A DNA stretch of 30,184 nucleotides from NCBI GenBank assembly GCA_963777155.1, contig CAVZPM010000017.1, forward strand, positions 1-30,184, read 5' to 3'. The notes under the pieces were generated by a model. That model was not told where the DNA came from and ran no database searches. It saw only the letters and a list, made by a program, of their open reading frames with translations. Within the stretch, counting starts at the first letter, position 1, and every line of letters begins with the position of its first letter. Shown here one piece after another: positions 27,801 to 30,184 of the stretch. The position numbers were made by a program, and so were the translations under genes. The DNA is from Candidatus Bathyarchaeota archaeon. GTDB lineage: Archaea > Thermoproteota > Bathyarchaeia > Bathyarchaeales > Bathycorpusculaceae.

Positions 27801-28548
27801 CTAGGTGACTGACTTTTCTTCTTTGGGTCTGAGAATTGCCTCTTCGATGTCTAGGTAGAGGAAATCACCTTCGCGGAAGGGTGAGCCGCCAAAATCGACC
27901 ACTTTGCTTTTCTTGGTGTACTTGGTTAATTCGACGCGTTGCTGGAAAAGTGGTGCATCGAGGGTTGTGGAGTGGTATTCTCCGGGTTCGCCTGAAACAT
28001 CAATGCCTTTACCTGCTGGACCCACGAGCGGTTGCATGTCTTCGATACATTTTCTGTCAATTTGGCGTCCCAGCCACTCTGGAGTGAAGTATCTTTGGTC
28101 TATGCAACTTAGAATCGCTTTCACTCCGGTTGTCTGTTCCATTTCCATGATTCGTTTGCGGCGTCGGTTGCCCGGAATCAGGTTCAGTGGGCGGTCCCAA
28201 AGCGGCATCATAAGCTTGTACTCCGAGTTTTTTGCAGGCGTCTTTCCAGACTCGTCGATGGTGGACGTTGTCGATGTCGCCTGTGACGATGGCCTGTGCG
28301 CCTTTTTCTTTGTGGAGCCTTTCAAGGGTTCCCATTATGTCGTCGTAGCGGTTATCGGTAATTTTAACGAATTGGTGTGGCATACCCAAGGCTTTGACTT
28401 GTTGTTCTATGACTTTGAGACTGTGGAAAACGTAGGGTTCCATGTAGATGTAAGTGACAAGGGAAGCGACTTCGTGTCCCTGCTCGACAACTTTGTGCAA
28501 CGCGGTGCAACAGTCTTTTCCTCCGCTCCAGTGAACAATAACTTTCAA
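27801..28548 (-). CDS. DUF71/COG2102 (diphthine-ammonia ligase-like) ATP pyrophosphatase, copy 2 (one +1 frameshift near 28218)
   Basis: MKVIVHWSGGKDC, AIVTGDID, then the second frame continues KLMMPLWD...PEWLGRQID...DVSGEPGEYHSTTLDAPLF. Confidence 0.85.
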
Positions 28549-28630
28549 ACTAAATCAACATCCAATGTCTCGTCTGAACCTGTTTGATGAGGGATAATCA
28601 TTCCCGCATATAAGCGTTTTAGGAATTGCG

Positions 28631-30110
28631 TTAGCTTTGTTGGTCTTTGCTGGGTGTGCTGTGTCCACCTGGGCTCTGCTTTACTCGTCTCACCTTGCCC
28701 AATTGCCTAAACGCCCATCGTGTGAAGCGGTATTTCCAGACGAGGTGGTTTAGTGCCATGCGCGCCATGATTTGGCTGTGGAAGTCTCCCCGGCGCCTCA
28801 TCCTGAGGTAGTAAGTTGGGGTAAAGACGCTATCGTAGACGGCTTTTTTGGTTGCCTCAAGTTTCGGAAGCGGCAGAAGTTTATTTTCGAAAACCTGCAT
28901 CTGCTCATGGTAGCGGTTCCAGTCTTCGCTCATGGGCAAGCCAAGTTTTCGAACGTAGTCAGCGAGCTCCGTGCCGGGGTAAGGTACAGCTTCGCACATG
29001 TAAACGTAGTCAGGTTTGGTTTTGCGGATAAAGTCCACGGTTTGCTGGAGCATCTCAGGGGTTTCGCCTGGGTATCCGATAACAAGTGATATGGCTACAA
29101 GGATACCTGCATCTTTCACCATCTTTATGGCTTTAGCGTTCTGCTCAACGGTTGTGCCCTTCCGCATAATGTTTAACAGTTGTTGGCTACCCGACTCCAC
29201 GCCGAAGTGGATAAGCTGGCAGTTGGTACTCTTGAGTTTCACCAGTAATTCTTTGGATATTCGATCTACTCGTGTTCTGCAATCCCAAGGAAGCAAAAAA
29301 CCTCTGGTCTGCATCTCATCGCAGATTGCTATTGCCCTGTTTATGTCATGGGTGAACGTGTCGTCGTAGAATGCAAACGCGCCTGCCCCAAAAGTGTCCC
29401 TTAGCCACTCGAGTTCATCGACAACTTTGCTCGGGCTTCTGGCCCTAAACCCGTTGCCACACATCTTTGACGCCAAGCAGAAAGCGCAGTTAAAGGGGCA
29501 TCCTCGGCTGGTGATTATGGGCATGTAGTTTTTGCCGTTGATTCTGTAGCGGGTCATATCGAAGAGATGGTGAGCTGGGCGAGGAAGAGAATCGATGTCT
29601 TCAATGAATGGTCTGTCGGCTGTAGCCACTACTTTGCCATTCTTCTTGAAAGTTATACCTAAAACACTGTTGAGGTTCTAGTTTACTCTCTGATAATAGG
29701 CTTGCGAGTTCCAGTATCGTCTGCTCTCCTTCACCGCGGACAACAATATCTACGTCTGAACTGTCGGTGAATGTGCGCTCATCCAAGACTGTGACATGTG
29801 GTCCACCAATCATTGTTACGCAGTTGGGAAGCGCAGCTTTGGCAGCTTTCAATATTTTAAGCGCCGGAAAATAAGTCACGGTTGCCGTAGTTACGCCAAT
29901 TATGTCGGGGTTGAGGCTTCTGAACTTGTCCTCCATCTCCTGTTGGCTTGGTCGATTAACCTGACAATCAATCACATCCACCTTGTACCCCTTTTCCTCA
30001 AGAACCGCCGCCAAGTAGCTAATGCCTAATGGGATGAAGACGGCTTGAGGGCACATCGTCTGGATAGGTGGATTTGCAAGGACTACGTGAGCTTTCACTT
30101 GTTTTCCCAT
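28631..30110 (-). CDS. Cobalamin-dependent radical SAM enzyme (subtype C; one +1 frameshift near 29678)
   Basis: ORF 29601-30110 (PLGISYLAA, GGPHVT, GEGE) joins 28631-29629 (TSRGCPFNCAFC, FGVESG) through the corrected NLNSVLGITFKKNGKVVAT. Confidence 0.9.
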
Positions 30111-30184
30111 CTTTAAGGTGAAAAACGGTTGTTGGGGCTATTATGTGTTTTGCAGATTACAACGACTAATCAAAATTTTGTTTT

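Noticed and set aside
424-29369. Numerous antisense or alternate-frame ORFs in the track (e.g. 424-666, 4569-4889, 13659-14117, 17986-18432, 24037-24333, 27904-28587)
   Set aside because: They overlap motif-supported genes and show no family motifs; shadow ORFs.
7967-30110. Programmed frameshifting or phase variation at the split genes
   Set aside because: The shifts are not at slippery heptamers or long homopolymers and occur at different sites in paralogs; sequencing error is simpler.
3159-30184. RiPP precursor peptide for the SPASM/B12 enzymes
   Set aside because: No convincing short ORF with a ribosome-binding site or repetitive core was found by eye in the intergenic gaps. The only Cys-rich mini-ORF (18802-18882) is an enzyme remnant. 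A precursor outside the window cannot be excluded.

Overview
Archaeal DNA: a GPN-loop GTPase, a wHTH-DUF4443-like gene, BRE/TATA promoters and T-rich terminators; the gene content suggests Bathyarchaeia (inference). After a short housekeeping stretch (bacterial-type metK, ridA, wHTH regulator, GPN GTPase), about 27 kb form a dense radical-SAM island. It holds six full-length cobalamin-dependent radical SAM genes plus one 3' remnant, two radical SAM/SPASM genes plus one 5' remnant, one HemN-like radical SAM gene, two DUF71/Dph6-like ATP pyrophosphatases, two large membrane-anchored double beta-propeller (PQQ/BamB-repeat) proteins, two tandem ECF S-component-like membrane proteins, an orphan rnfD-rnfC pair and a stand-alone ThiF/MoeB C-terminal-like domain. 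Most island components occur as paralog pairs, and a [B12-rSAM, SPASM <- -> propeller] cassette appears duplicated with an internal replacement. Many single-base frameshifts, densest at about 14.3-17.2 kb, look like long-read sequencing errors. No rRNA, tRNA, CRISPR array, transposase or obvious RiPP precursor was seen. The product of the island cannot be determined from sequence alone.
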